The position numbers were made by a program, and so were the translations under genes. Shown piece by piece: positions 48,451-59,107 of a DNA stretch of 64,000 bases (positions within the stretch are counted from its first letter, which is position 1; every line of letters begins with the position of its first letter). The notes under the pieces were generated by a model. That model made no database searches, was not told the origin of the DNA, and worked only from the letters and a program-made list of their open reading frames with translations. This stretch comes from an uncultured Bacteroidia bacterium (GTDB taxonomy: Bacteria > Bacteroidota > Bacteroidia > NS11-12g > UBA955), in the NCBI GenBank assembly GCA_943788195.1, contig CALSPH010000002.1:393054-457053 (forward strand), written 5' to 3'.

Positions 48451-48750
48451 ATGGCGAACGAATCTATTTTAAATAAGCTTGATCTAATTGCGGAAAAAAC
48501 ATCGTCAATAATCGATGAAAATAAGAAACTAAAGCAGCAAAATGGTGAAGCTAACTTGCTGATTAAAAAACTAAAGAAGATCAACGAGGTTCAAAAAAAC
48601 AGCCTCGAAATATTAGAACAGAAGAATAAATTAACTAATATTGCAAGTATTGTATCAACCTTGTCTGATGAAGATAAAATTGGTTTAAAGAAAACCCTAT
48701 CTATTCAGATAAAAGAGATTGATAAATGTTTAAAACTACTAAAAAATTGA
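48451..48750 (+). CDS. Small coiled-coil protein (ZapB-like position)
   Basis: Coiled coil ending IKEIDKCL; lies upstream of zapA. Confidence 0.65.
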   Translation: MANESILNKLDLIAEKTSSIIDENKKLKQQNGEANLLIKKLKKINEVQKNSLEILEQKNKLTNIASIVSTLSDEDKIGLKKTLSIQIKEIDKCLKLLKN

Positions 48751-48769
48751 ATTTTAGGCGTTAGATAAC

Positions 48770-49066
48770 ATGCAGGAAAATCGAGAAATATCAATTCGTG
48801 TTCAAATAGCAGACAGGCAATATCCCCTGAAGGCTCAATTGCATGAAGAAGAGTATTTAAGAAAAGCCGCACGGCTTATAAATGAAAAACTGATGGGATA
48901 CAGCAAAAGCTTCTCTTTTAAAGATAAGCAAGATTTGCTAGCCATGGTCTGTCTAGAGTTTGCAACTGATGCACTCACCGTAACAAATACACTGGCGGAA
49001 ACAGACACGGATATCCTTGATAAAGTAAGAGAATTAGAAAACCTCTTTCATTCCCCTGCAGAGTAA
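48770..49066 (+). CDS. zapA: Cell division protein ZapA
   Basis: IADRQYPL...EE..RKAA..IN and DKQDLLAM; pheT-zapA-rny synteny. Confidence 0.9.
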   Translation: MQENREISIRVQIADRQYPLKAQLHEEEYLRKAARLINEKLMGYSKSFSFKDKQDLLAMVCLEFATDALTVTNTLAETDTDILDKVRELENLFHSPAE

Positions 49067-49123
49067 TTATTCTAACCCCAATTTTCAATCGGTAGTATTT
49101 GTTAAATACTAAATAAGAAGAAA

Positions 49124-50668
49124 ATGGTAAACATCGTATTATTAATTGTTGGGCTTATAGTTGGCGCTGCTGCTGGCTACATTATTGCCAACCAATTGCA
49201 AAAGAAGAAAACTGTATCAACGGGTAACAAAATTATTCGTGAAGCAAAACAAGCTGCGGAGAACATTAAAAAAGAGAAAAAACTTGAAGCAAAAGAACAC
49301 TTTCTTAAGCTTAAGTCTGAGCATGAACAATCTGCCAACAAGAGAAATCAAGATATTGCATCCGCGGAAAACAGAATCAAACAAAAAGAGCAAAGTTTAA
49401 ATGATCGGATCAATGCTTACACAAGCAAGGAAAAACAGATTGAAAAAAAGCAAGAGCAAATAAGTCAGCAATCTGAAGCAAACCAATTAAAGTCTGCTGA
49501 ACTTGACAAATTAATTGGAGAACAGATTAAATCTCTTGAAAAGGTAGCTAACTTAAGCGCTCAAGAAGCCAAAGATCAAATGATTGTTGCGGTTCAGAAA
49601 GAGGCTCAAACCGATGCAATTAAAGCGGCTAATCATATCATAGAAGAGGCCAAGTTGAATGCAACTAAAGAAGCGAAGAAAATGATTCTTCAAACCATCC
49701 AACGTACTGCGGCAGAGCAAGCCATTGAAAATTCTGTAACTGTTTTCAATATTGAAAATGATGAAATGAAAGGAAGAATCATTGGACGTGAGGGAAGAAA
49801 CATTAGAGCACTAGAAGCTGCAACAGGGATTGAAATTATTGTTGATGATACTCCTGAAGCAATTATTCTTTCTGGTTTTGACCCTGTTAGACGCGAAGTG
49901 GCGCGTTTATCCTTGCACCGTCTTATTGCTGATGGTAGAGTGCACCCGGCACGTATTGAGGAGGTTGTAGCGAAAACTAGAAAAGAAATCGAAGAGGAAA
50001 TCATTGAAATTGGGCAACGTACCGTTTTGGACCTGGAAGTAACTGGACTTCATCCTGAATTAATTCGTAAAGTGGGCCGAATGAGATATCGTTCATCTTA
50101 TGGACAAAATCTATTGAGACACAGCAGAGAAGTGGCTAATTTATGTGCTACTATGGCTGCAGAATTTGGCTTGAATGCAAAATTGGCTAAACGAGCAGGT
50201 TTGTTACACGATATTGGCAAAGTGGCCGAAGATGATGCTGAAACACCTCACGCACTATTGGGTATGAAATGGGCCGAAAAGTTTGGAGAACATCCTGAAG
50301 TTTGCAATGCGATCGGAGCGCATCACGATGAAATTGAAATGACCAGTTTATTATCCCCTATCATACAAAGTTGTGATGCAATCAGTGGGTCTAGACCTGG
50401 TGCACGTAGAGAAGACTCTGAGAAGTATGTTAAGAGGTTAAAAGATTTAGAAGCATTAGCTATGGGTTTTGACGGAGTCGAAAAAGCATTTGCCATCCAA
50501 GCAGGCAGAGAATTACGCGTAATTGTTGATAGTGATGTCGTAGATGATAAGATTGCAGATGAACTTTCGTTCAAAATATCAGACAAAATCATGAAAGAGA
50601 TGATTTACCCTGGACAAATAAAAATCACCTTAATACGGGAGAAACGGGCTATTAATTACGCGAAATAG
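49124..50668 (+). CDS. rny: Ribonuclease Y
   Basis: TM anchor, coiled coil, KH domain ([13 protein letters not shown]) and HD domain (LLHDIGK). Confidence 0.97.
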   Translation: MVNIVLLIVGLIVGAAAGYIIANQLQKKKTVSTGNKIIREAKQAAENIKKEKKLEAKEHFLKLKSEHEQSANKRNQDIASAENRIKQKEQSLNDRINAYTSKEKQIEKKQEQISQQSEANQLKSAELDKLIGEQIKSLEKVANLSAQEAKDQMIVAVQKEAQTDAIKAANHIIEEAKLNATKEAKKMILQTIQRTAAEQAIENSVTVFNIENDEMKGRIIGREGRNIRALEAATGIEIIVDDTPEAIILSGFDPVRREVARLSLHRLIADGRVHPARIEEVVAKTRKEIEEEIIEIGQRTVLDLEVTGLHPELIRKVGRMRYRSSYGQNLLRHSREVANLCATMAAEFGLNAKLAKRAGLLHDIGKVAEDDAETPHALLGMKWAEKFGEHPEVCNAIGAHHDEIEMTSLLSPIIQSCDAISGSRPGARREDSEKYVKRLKDLEALAMGFDGVEKAFAIQAGRELRVIVDSDVVDDKIADELSFKISDKIMKEMIYPGQIKITLIREKRAINYAK

Positions 50669-50711
50669 AAAAATCGAACTGTTTGGCAACGTTTTTGCAA
50701 ATAGAACTGTA

Positions 50712-51083
50712 ATGAAGAAGTTAGTCTTATTTTTACTGATGGGTGTATTTGGCGCAATTTCCGCTGGAAACCAATCACTGATGGTAGATGTAGTGAATGC
50801 ATTTAGAAAGAAAGATGCAGGAACTATGGCTATTCATTTTGATAGTAATTTAGAAATAGATATCCCTGGAAACAAAGGCATGTACAGTTCTGGACAAGCC
50901 AAAGTTATCATGCAGCAATATTTAGACAACAACAGTCCTTCTGATGTTAAACTCTCGCACTCTGGCAATTCTGCCAATGGAAGCAAGTTTGCTATTATAG
51001 ATTTCTCAACTTCTTCTGGATCAAAGAAGGCTAAAGTCTACTTTAACACTTCTGAGAAAATTTCAGAAATCAAAGTAGAATAA
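50712..51083 (+). CDS. DUF4783-like exported protein
   Basis: Signal peptide and F...LEIDI....YS..QA..I pattern; upstream of nadC. Confidence 0.65.
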   Translation: MKKLVLFLLMGVFGAISAGNQSLMVDVVNAFRKKDAGTMAIHFDSNLEIDIPGNKGMYSSGQAKVIMQQYLDNNSPSDVKLSHSGNSANGSKFAIIDFSTSSGSKKAKVYFNTSEKISEIKVE

Positions 51084-51119
51084 CAATCCTAAATTTTACA
51101 ATATCTTTGAAGGCATTAT

Positions 51120-51977
51120 ATGCTTGATATAGAAATCGTCCACCTTTTTATTGAAAATGCTTTAGCAGAAGATGTTAAAGAAGGAGACCACAGCAGTCTT
51201 TCATGCATTAGCGATGAGGCTATCGGAAAGGCCAAACTGATTTTTAAGAGTGAAGGTGTGGCAGCAGGTATTGAGCTTGCTGCAGTGATACTAAAATATT
51301 TAGACCCAGATATTAAGCTAGACGTTAAATTAAAAGATGGCGATGTATTTACTTACGGTGATATCGGCTTCTACGCTGAAGGGAAAATTCATGCACTTCT
51401 AAAGGGCGAACGTCTGTTGCTTAACTGCATGCAGCGTTTCAGTGCTATTTCTACTGAAACTGCTAGATATGTGGAGCGCATTAAACATACCAACTGCAAA
51501 CTGCTTGATACACGTAAAACAACCCCTAACTTGAGATATTTCGAAAAATGGGCGGTTCGTATTGGAGGAGGTCATAATCATCGGTTTGGACTCTATGACA
51601 TGATCATGCTTAAAGACAATCACATTGACTTTTGTGGTGGTATAACCAATGCTCTTACACTGGCCAAAAAATATCTGCAGGAAATTAACAGGACCGACAT
51701 TCCAATTGAAATCGAAACACGCAATATGGATGAAGTGCAAGAAGCATTGGATGCGGGTATTGCAGATCGAATTATGTTGGATAATTTTAAGCCTGAGTTA
51801 ATAAAAGAAGCGGTGCAGCTGATTGGCAACCAAGCAGAAACGGAAGCAAGTGGTGGGATTAATTACGAGACGATTCAGTCCTATGCTGAAACAGGCGTTA
51901 ATTTTGTCAGCGTAGGTGCTTTGACCCATGGTGTAAATTCGCTGGATATCAGCTTCAAAACCGTTCGTCAAGTTTAA
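51120..51977 (+). CDS. nadC: Nicotinate-nucleotide diphosphorylase (carboxylating)
   Basis: LDTRKTTP, NHRFGL.D.IMLKDNH, MLDN and EASGGI. Confidence 0.96.
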   Translation: MLDIEIVHLFIENALAEDVKEGDHSSLSCISDEAIGKAKLIFKSEGVAAGIELAAVILKYLDPDIKLDVKLKDGDVFTYGDIGFYAEGKIHALLKGERLLLNCMQRFSAISTETARYVERIKHTNCKLLDTRKTTPNLRYFEKWAVRIGGGHNHRFGLYDMIMLKDNHIDFCGGITNALTLAKKYLQEINRTDIPIEIETRNMDEVQEALDAGIADRIMLDNFKPELIKEAVQLIGNQAETEASGGINYETIQSYAETGVNFVSVGALTHGVNSLDISFKTVRQV

Positions 51978-52035
51978 GCCATATTTGCTCAAGACCCCAT
52001 TAACCCTTTAAAAATATATCTGTATATTTGTGCGG

Positions 52036-52728
52036 ATGAAAAAAATAATACTATCTAGTTTATTGATATGCAGTTTTGCCTTATTCGGCACTGCACAGGT
52101 TTATGAGAAAGATTATCTCTTTGCGAACATGCTCATTGAGCAAACGGGAGATCAAGATTTCTCTTTATATGTGAACATAAAAAATCCGAGTAAATATAAA
52201 AACTATACTTGGACCAGAAACATAAAAGGTCTTGGCACCAGCTGGACGACTGCGGTATGTGACCCTTTCTTATGTCATGGTGATGATGTTAACACCGCTA
52301 AGTTTTTTATGGACAGTGGAGAAACTGCTTTAATGACCAATCATTTCTATATGAAAGATACTGCAGGTGGTGGACAAGAGGGCATCGTTGACATCATTAT
52401 TGAAAATGACTCAACCAATGCAAAAGATACAGCTACATTTAAAATTACTGTTTGGAATCGAAGACTGAGCATAGAACGAATTGGGCAGGAAGTTCTTAAT
52501 GTATACCCAAACCCAAGTGCGGATCAAATCAATATAACTTCATCAGAAGCCATTGAATTAATCGAAATAGTGGATTTAAACGGTAAAGTGCTTCAAACAA
52601 GAAATATTTCGGAGGGACTTAGAACAGCTGAAGTGAAAACTCAATTTATACCCACTGGTCTCTATTTAGTTCGTGTGCGCACGAATACTGGACAAGTAAC
52701 CACCAAAAAAATAACAGTTAATAAGTAA
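52036..52728 (+). CDS. Small T9SS type-A CTD protein
   Basis: Signal peptide, W..AVCD..LC and a YPNP...GLYLV...KKI CTD. Confidence 0.8.
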   Translation: MKKIILSSLLICSFALFGTAQVYEKDYLFANMLIEQTGDQDFSLYVNIKNPSKYKNYTWTRNIKGLGTSWTTAVCDPFLCHGDDVNTAKFFMDSGETALMTNHFYMKDTAGGGQEGIVDIIIENDSTNAKDTATFKITVWNRRLSIERIGQEVLNVYPNPSADQINITSSEAIELIEIVDLNGKVLQTRNISEGLRTAEVKTQFIPTGLYLVRVRTNTGQVTTKKITVNK

Positions 52729-53556
52729 TTAATTAAGCCAACGCTTAATTCTGGGGGCATAAATATTTAGTAATACCCCAATAACTACAATTAGAAACCC
52801 AGTTACTTCAAGGTAGCTGGGTTTTTCATTAAATAGAATTAAGCCAAAGAACAAGGCATAGCCCAGACCAATGTATGTAACGGAGGCCACCTTAGCAGCT
52901 CGCTCAATTTGATATGCCAAGGTCATCGCAAATTGAGCTATTTGGGTAGATACCCCAATTAATAACAATAAGCCAATTTCAGGCCATGTAGGGAGGTTTA
53001 AAATACCCTGCCATATAAGTATGATCAAAGAAACGGGAAGTGTCACCAGTGGAAAGTAAAACACAATCAAATTTGGCGATTCAGTAGTTTTCAATTTTCG
53101 AATAACATTATATGCAGCACCTGAAAAGACTGCGCTCAATATTCCCAAGGTAAAGTACAGCGGATGAATGCTTCCGAACTGTTTAATCATCACCAAACCA
53201 GATAGACAAATCAAAAAAGCAAACCATTGAATTTTAAGAATCTTCTCTTTGAGCACAATTAAGGCAATAAGCATAGTAAATATTGGACTGGTATATTGCA
53301 GCACAACTGCGTTTGCCAAATTCATCTGTTGAATGGTTGAATAATATAATAATAAGCCAACAAACCCGAATAAACCACGCAGCACCAGTAGCTTCGTATT
53401 GTTCCCCTTAATGGATACTCCCCTTCGCCATAAATAATATCCACTAATCACCAAGGTGACCAAAGCCCGATAAAAAACGAGTTCTATAGCCGAATAGGTG
53501 GGCAAATACTTAATTGCCACATTCATCACTGCAAATGAGAATACAGCAATGGACAT
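52729..53556 (-). CDS. EamA/DMT transporter
   Basis: LRGLFG, LQYTSPIF...LKEKI and LFNEKP. Confidence 0.88.
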   Translation of the reverse strand: MSIAVFSFAVMNVAIKYLPTYSAIELVFYRALVTLVISGYYLWRRGVSIKGNNTKLLVLRGLFGFVGLLLYYSTIQQMNLANAVVLQYTSPIFTMLIALIVLKEKILKIQWFAFLICLSGLVMIKQFGSIHPLYFTLGILSAVFSGAAYNVIRKLKTTESPNLIVFYFPLVTLPVSLIILIWQGILNLPTWPEIGLLLLIGVSTQIAQFAMTLAYQIERAAKVASVTYIGLGYALFFGLILFNEKPSYLEVTGFLIVVIGVLLNIYAPRIKRWLN

Positions 53557-53676
53557 ATATTGGACTCCGGATAGTTGTTTTTTAATGGCACAAAACTAAT
53601 TCAATAATTAGATATGCCATTGTAAATACAAGGTGTATAACTTCATGTAAAATAGCCCTTATTTTGTAGTCAATAT

Positions 53677-55023
53677 ATGGCCAATACACTTTCCCCGCTC
53701 AACGCAATATCTCCCATTGATGGCAGGTATCAATCTAAAACGGATTCTCTTTCTCCATATTTCAGCGAATTTGGACTCATTAAATATCGTGTAATCATCG
53801 AAATAGAATATTTAATCGCACTTTCCGAATCCAAAACAACTCCATTAGATTTCAATGCAGATCAACAATCTGCCTTACGATCGGTGGTGAAGGATTTTTC
53901 AGAAGTCGATGCACTGCGTATTAAAGAGATTGAAAAAATCACCAATCACGATGTGAAGGCTGTCGAATATTTCATCAAAGAACAATTGGCAGAGGTACTA
54001 AAACCCAATGAAATAGAATACATACATTTTGGTTTGACATCTCAGGATATTAACAATAGTGCCGTTCCATTGTCCATTAAAGATGCCAAGGAAGAAATAA
54101 TTATCCCGATGCTGAGAAAGCTCATTGGTCAAATAGAAATGATGGCTAGCAATTGGAAAGATATTCCTATGTTAGCTAAAACACACGGTCAACCAGCCTC
54201 TCCTACTAAATTAGGCAAGGAGTTTTTGGTTTTTAGTGAGCGCCTGCATAAACAAGTGAACAAACTCGAAAAGCAACAACTCGAAGCCAAGTTCGGTGGA
54301 GCAACCGGTAACTTGAATGCACACTATATCGCCTATCCAGATGTTGACTGGGTTACTTTTGCCAATAATTATATTGAGTCGTTGGGAATGATAAGGCAGC
54401 AAACAACCACTCAAATCGAGCAATATGACGAACTTGCTAGCCTGTTTAACACCATCGCGCGTATTTGCACGATCCTCATTGATTATGCTCGAGATATCTG
54501 GATCTATGTAAGTATGGATTATTTTAAACAGAAACTAAAAGAGGGTGAAATTGGTTCTTCCGCAATGCCACATAAAGTTAACCCAATCGATTTTGAAAAT
54601 GCGGAAGGGAATTTAGGAATCGCCATTGCCATTTTAAACCATCTTGCAGATAAACTGCCTGTTTCTCGGCTTCAAAGAGATTTAACAGATAGTACTGTCC
54701 TTAGAAACATTGGGGTTCCTTTTGGTCACTTACTAATCGCAGTAAATTCTATCTTAAAAGGAAACGATAAACTCTTGTTGAACGAAAGTGCGATTCATGC
54801 AGATCTAGAAAAAAACTGGATCGTTGTTGCAGAGGCTATTCAATCTGTTTTAAGAACTGCAGGCTTTGAAAAGCCTTATGAACTGCTAAAAGATCTTACG
54901 CGAACCAACAAAGTGATTGGAAAGGCAGAAATTCATGAATTTATTCGAAATTTAGATGTTTCCGATGTAATTAAAGATAGATTATTACTGATATCTCCTC
55001 AAAATTATACGGGTAACGCATAA
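53677..55023 (+). CDS. purB: Adenylosuccinate lyase
   Basis: SPIDGRY, TNHDVKAVEY, THGQPA and GSSAMPHKVNP. Confidence 0.97.
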   Translation: MANTLSPLNAISPIDGRYQSKTDSLSPYFSEFGLIKYRVIIEIEYLIALSESKTTPLDFNADQQSALRSVVKDFSEVDALRIKEIEKITNHDVKAVEYFIKEQLAEVLKPNEIEYIHFGLTSQDINNSAVPLSIKDAKEEIIIPMLRKLIGQIEMMASNWKDIPMLAKTHGQPASPTKLGKEFLVFSERLHKQVNKLEKQQLEAKFGGATGNLNAHYIAYPDVDWVTFANNYIESLGMIRQQTTTQIEQYDELASLFNTIARICTILIDYARDIWIYVSMDYFKQKLKEGEIGSSAMPHKVNPIDFENAEGNLGIAIAILNHLADKLPVSRLQRDLTDSTVLRNIGVPFGHLLIAVNSILKGNDKLLLNESAIHADLEKNWIVVAEAIQSVLRTAGFEKPYELLKDLTRTNKVIGKAEIHEFIRNLDVSDVIKDRLLLISPQNYTGNA

Positions 55024-55173
55024 TTGCTGTTTTAATATAATATAAATTATTTAAACAATGAAGCGTTTTTGATTAAACTGTTTACATATATCCTTTTTTT
55101 GGTGCTATTCCCCTGAAAATCATAGCACAATCGATTTTTTGTTTAATCTTTTTCATACATTTGAACAGTCAAA

Positions 55174-55698
55174 GTGAAAAAGTTAATCGTTTATACCGTT
55201 TTGGGAATGCTTGTACTCAGCTCATGTGGTAAAAAGGAATCATTCATAGAACCCAGTGCAACAAGAACAATAGAAAGTAACTCCAGTTCCATTACACTAA
55301 ACAATTACGCTTTTATTAAATCTGCAGATGTATATGCTACCCAAGTGGAGCAAAAAACGGATGCGATAAGATTTCATTCATCTTTTGATGTTAATAATCA
55401 TAAAAGCGCGGGAAACTTAGCTTTTGAAATAACCTCTGTTGCCAAAACCCTTAAGACAGGCGATTATATGTTAAGTTCTGAAAATGAACAAGCGGTTATA
55501 AAATACATTAGCAATGGCATTACTTGGAAATCTAGCATGGGCCATCAGAAAGGATCCATTTTTAAAATTCTAAGTTCAAAAGACTTAGAAGCAGCCAGTG
55601 GTTATGTAAAAGAAGCAACGGTTCAAGTTAATTGCTTTCTGTATAATGCAAAAGGAGAAAACATTCCTTTTACTTGCATCACTCAAATTAAATTTTAA
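55174..55698 (+). CDS. Hypothetical lipoprotein
   Basis: GTG start after a TACATTTG box; lipobox LSSC. Confidence 0.7.
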   Translation: MKKLIVYTVLGMLVLSSCGKKESFIEPSATRTIESNSSSITLNNYAFIKSADVYATQVEQKTDAIRFHSSFDVNNHKSAGNLAFEITSVAKTLKTGDYMLSSENEQAVIKYISNGITWKSSMGHQKGSIFKILSSKDLEAASGYVKEATVQVNCFLYNAKGENIPFTCITQIKF

Positions 55699-56630
55699 TT
55701 AATCTCATCCAGGTAAGACTGGATATGACGATTTTTCTTCTGTTCGTAAATATCACGAATTGTTATCATGATTGCAGTTTCTTCCACATTCCCAAAATGA
55801 GGGTTTTCAGCCGTGCCGAATGTTTTCATTGTTGGCGATAAATTCATATACGAGTTAACTAAGGGGGGTATATTTTCGCCCATATTTCTGACTTCTTGGT
55901 TGAGTACTTTATAGGCATCTACAAAGTCCAATTGATGAAAAACCGCCTTCATTTCAGAAACCGATGTTTTGATTTTCAATGGATGAATAGGCCTAAGTAA
56001 ATTTTCGTAATCGGGGAAGTACGCCTTTAAGAAATAAAGGATATAATCACGTGCTTTGGAGTTGAAACTTTTGTACATGGTTACCTTACCAAAGAAAAAC
56101 TCGATTTTAGGATTGTCCACAACAATGGCACCTAGGCCATCCCAAATATTATCCAATGCAAACAACCCTTTTCTAGGGTTTACTGCAGGTTGATATTTAG
56201 GTTGCACCCAACTGCGCCCCAGTTCTATGGTTCTAGGAAGAAAATTTCGAATAAATGCAGGTGAAAAATAGAAATAATCTGCGGTAGAAAGACTTACTGA
56301 ACGCTTATCTGCACTTATCGACTTTTCGCAGTCAATAAACCGATAGCCCCCAACAATTTCTCGGTCCTCTGGACTATAAACAACTAATTGCTCATAGTAT
56401 CTCTCTTCTTGGGTATCATAATCATCTATATCGATAGATTTGCCCGTTCCTCCGCCCCCTTGCCGAAAACTTAGTTCCCTTAAACGTCCAATCTCTTGAA
56501 GTACATTAGGTGCATTATGGAAGTTACAAATGTATATTTCATTATCCCCTTTATTGGTCTTGCGCACAAAAAAAGGTTTTAGTTCATCCTCTAACAAAGT
56601 TCGGTCTATGGGATCGATTATCTGTTCCAT
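55695..56630 (-). CDS. GNAT-type N-acyltransferase (OlsB/GlsB-like)
   Basis: EIGRLRE..FR..GGGTG..DID.YD, IVGGYR, IELGRS and IPPLVNSY. Confidence 0.82.
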   Translation of the reverse strand: MEQIIDPIDRTLLEDELKPFFVRKTNKGDNEIYICNFHNAPNVLQEIGRLRELSFRQGGGGTGKSIDIDDYDTQEERYYEQLVVYSPEDREIVGGYRFIDCEKSISADKRSVSLSTADYFYFSPAFIRNFLPRTIELGRSWVQPKYQPAVNPRKGLFALDNIWDGLGAIVVDNPKIEFFFGKVTMYKSFNSKARDYILYFLKAYFPDYENLLRPIHPLKIKTSVSEMKAVFHQLDFVDAYKVLNQEVRNMGENIPPLVNSYMNLSPTMKTFGTAENPHFGNVEETAIMITIRDIYEQKKNRHIQSYLDEIN

Positions 56631-56635
56631 ACAAT

Positions 56636-57454
56636 CTACTCCGCTAAATTATACAATTCTTTCCTAACATAAGAACAAATTTCATCATTCGTCCATGATG
56701 TATCCAATTGATTGACAAAAATTGGTTTCCCAATTCGGTATCGTATCGTTCTACCTCGCTGCTTAAACATTTCATCCGCCAGATAAAGCATTTCAATATT
56801 TGCCTTAATTCCCAAGCGTTTCCGGATATTACTCAAGCTGTAAAACCAATTACTTAGTCTACCTTCCGTATAAATGGGGATGATAGGATGGTCATATTTT
56901 TTTGCTCTGCTAACAAAAGATTTTTGCCATTTCAAATCAATTATTTTGCCTTCTATTCTTCTAGATACTAGACCTGAGGGGAAGATCATGATTAATTTCT
57001 CAGAAGCAAAAAGCGCTTCCACTTTTCGTAAACTTTCTCTCGAAGAAGTGCCCACTTTATTGACACCGGTAAAAATATCATTCAGTTGAGTTATGTGCAA
57101 TAAAATGTCATTGACTATGTACTTTAAGTCTGTTCTTATATTTTGTATTTCAGGAACAATAGCCATCGCATCCAACCCTCCTAAAGGATGATTGGAAACA
57201 GCAATACAACCCCCTTCTTTGGGAATATTTTCTAATCCAACCATTTCAATGGTTACACCAAAATAGTCTCTTACTTCTCTAGTAAACTCAAATGCATTTT
57301 TGTCGGCATGCCGTTCAATAAAAGTATTGATCTCTTTTTGATGAACGATCCGTTTTATATAACGGGCGATAAATGAAGGCAGCCAAGGATAAATTCTTGG
57401 AGACTTTGTTTTTAGAACTTTATCTATATCTATTAGGTCGTTATCCTTCCCCAT
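56636..57454 (-). CDS. PlsC-family acyltransferase (GlsA-like)
   Basis: SNHPLGGLD and FPSGLVSR. Confidence 0.85.
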   Translation of the reverse strand: MGKDNDLIDIDKVLKTKSPRIYPWLPSFIARYIKRIVHQKEINTFIERHADKNAFEFTREVRDYFGVTIEMVGLENIPKEGGCIAVSNHPLGGLDAMAIVPEIQNIRTDLKYIVNDILLHITQLNDIFTGVNKVGTSSRESLRKVEALFASEKLIMIFPSGLVSRRIEGKIIDLKWQKSFVSRAKKYDHPIIPIYTEGRLSNWFYSLSNIRKRLGIKANIEMLYLADEMFKQRGRTIRYRIGKPIFVNQLDTSWTNDEICSYVRKELYNLAE

Positions 57455-57493
57455 ACTGGAAGCTCAAACTTAAGCCTAATTTTTAAAATAATT

Positions 57494-59083
57494 TTACTGA
57501 ATTACCATTGACTTGGTAATTCTATTTGCTTGATAACTCAATTGATAATAATAGTTGCCGGCTTTCAAATTGCCCTTTTCAAATAATATATCCTGAACAC
57601 CTGCTTCTGATTTACCATGGTAAATAGTCTGAACTTTACGCCCCATTGCATCAAATAATGCAATATCAACTATTCCACCAGGTGTGTTAAACTGAATAAA
57701 GGCTTTATCAACTAATGGGTTGGGATAATTCTGTTCTAGCACAATTCCTTTCTCAATTTTCAAAGGTTTATGAATGCTAGACGTTGTGTCAAACACCGGT
57801 AAATTATCAAAATTCTTGAGTAATACATCTTTATCCGTTGTTTCATCATCCAGTTCAAACCATTGTTGCAACACAGATGCATAGACTTGTCTAAAATCAT
57901 ACTCCATTGGCAAGTTATCATTCACTGAAACGGTGCTTGAAATGGTAGGATTGTTTCCAATAATACCAGGATTCACTTTATTCCCAAAAACAAACATGGG
58001 TGCTGCAGCTCCGTGATCTGTTCCTAAACTAAAGTTACTTTGAATTCTCCGTCCAAATTCACTAAAGGTCATTCCAGCCACTCGATCATCTATTTTCAAC
58101 AGTTTGCAATCATCCATAAATGCATCAATTGCAACAGATAATGTGCTCAACAGATTTGCATGTGCACCAGTTGAAGTATCTGAAGCCACTACTTGTTGAG
58201 CATGGGTGTCAAAACCACCCATAGAAACGTAGTATAATGGTGTTTTAAGCCCTCCAGAAATTAATCTAGCCACTATCTTTAATTGTTCAGATAGCGAATT
58301 CGCCCGCCCACCTGTTGGATATTTGGTTGATTTATTTTCACCAACAGTTGAGGCTGCCTTAATTACGGCTAAATAACCTTGTGTTTGCTGAGATACTTTA
58401 CGAATAAACGTTAACTCATGACCCGCAGGTGTGCTTGGTGCGGGATCAACAATATCATTGGTCATGGCATAAAAATCATCGGGATTCGAGATATTCATGG
58501 CCATATTATTGGCTCCAGGCCCAATCAAGGATAAAGATACTGAGGAACCAATCTGAATCGCCAAAGGATCGGGATTAGCAACGCTTGGATAATTATCTGG
58601 ATAATTAGGATATTCATGATCAAGGAAACGCCCCAACCATCCATCAACTAAGTTTTGATTGCTGTCTGAAGCCGACTTCCATATATCGGTAGATCTAAAG
58701 TGCGAGAAATTCGGTTGAGGGTATCCCACATTTTGAATAATACACACTTTTTCATCATTGTATAAGTTTTGCAAACCTGTCATAGCAGGGTGCAATTTAG
58801 TTTTAGTAATACCATTTAAAGCTAAGGCCTTATTTTCTTCTATAAGGACATTTGACCTTGCGGTGCTTAAATTTGAGTATTGGTCTACAGGTATAACCAT
58901 GTTTAGACCGTCATTCCCACCGTTCATTTCTATCACAACGAGAACCTTTCCATTTATCGCGGCTCTTCGCGCTAATTTTTTCAGGAATTTTCCAGTTCCA
59001 TGGGCTTTTATACTAAAACCGCCAATTAAACTAGGGATCATTACAGCGGGTACTGTGGCTTTTAAAAATTCTTTTCTTTTCAT
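57494..59083 (-). CDS. DUF1501 protein with T9SS CTD
   Basis: GGNDGLN, SHFRS, GGFDTH, SEFGRR and GTDHG; C-terminal QNYPNP...GNY. Confidence 0.88.
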   Translation of the reverse strand: MKRKEFLKATVPAVMIPSLIGGFSIKAHGTGKFLKKLARRAAINGKVLVVIEMNGGNDGLNMVIPVDQYSNLSTARSNVLIEENKALALNGITKTKLHPAMTGLQNLYNDEKVCIIQNVGYPQPNFSHFRSTDIWKSASDSNQNLVDGWLGRFLDHEYPNYPDNYPSVANPDPLAIQIGSSVSLSLIGPGANNMAMNISNPDDFYAMTNDIVDPAPSTPAGHELTFIRKVSQQTQGYLAVIKAASTVGENKSTKYPTGGRANSLSEQLKIVARLISGGLKTPLYYVSMGGFDTHAQQVVASDTSTGAHANLLSTLSVAIDAFMDDCKLLKIDDRVAGMTFSEFGRRIQSNFSLGTDHGAAAPMFVFGNKVNPGIIGNNPTISSTVSVNDNLPMEYDFRQVYASVLQQWFELDDETTDKDVLLKNFDNLPVFDTTSSIHKPLKIEKGIVLEQNYPNPLVDKAFIQFNTPGGIVDIALFDAMGRKVQTIYHGKSEAGVQDILFEKGNLKAGNYYYQLSYQANRITKSMVIQ

Positions 59084-59107
59084 CTTAATCTTCTTGTTTA
59101 ATTGTGT

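Noticed and set aside
49067..49123. 6S RNA between zapA and rny
   Set aside because: The gap is only 57 nt with one small hairpin, too short.
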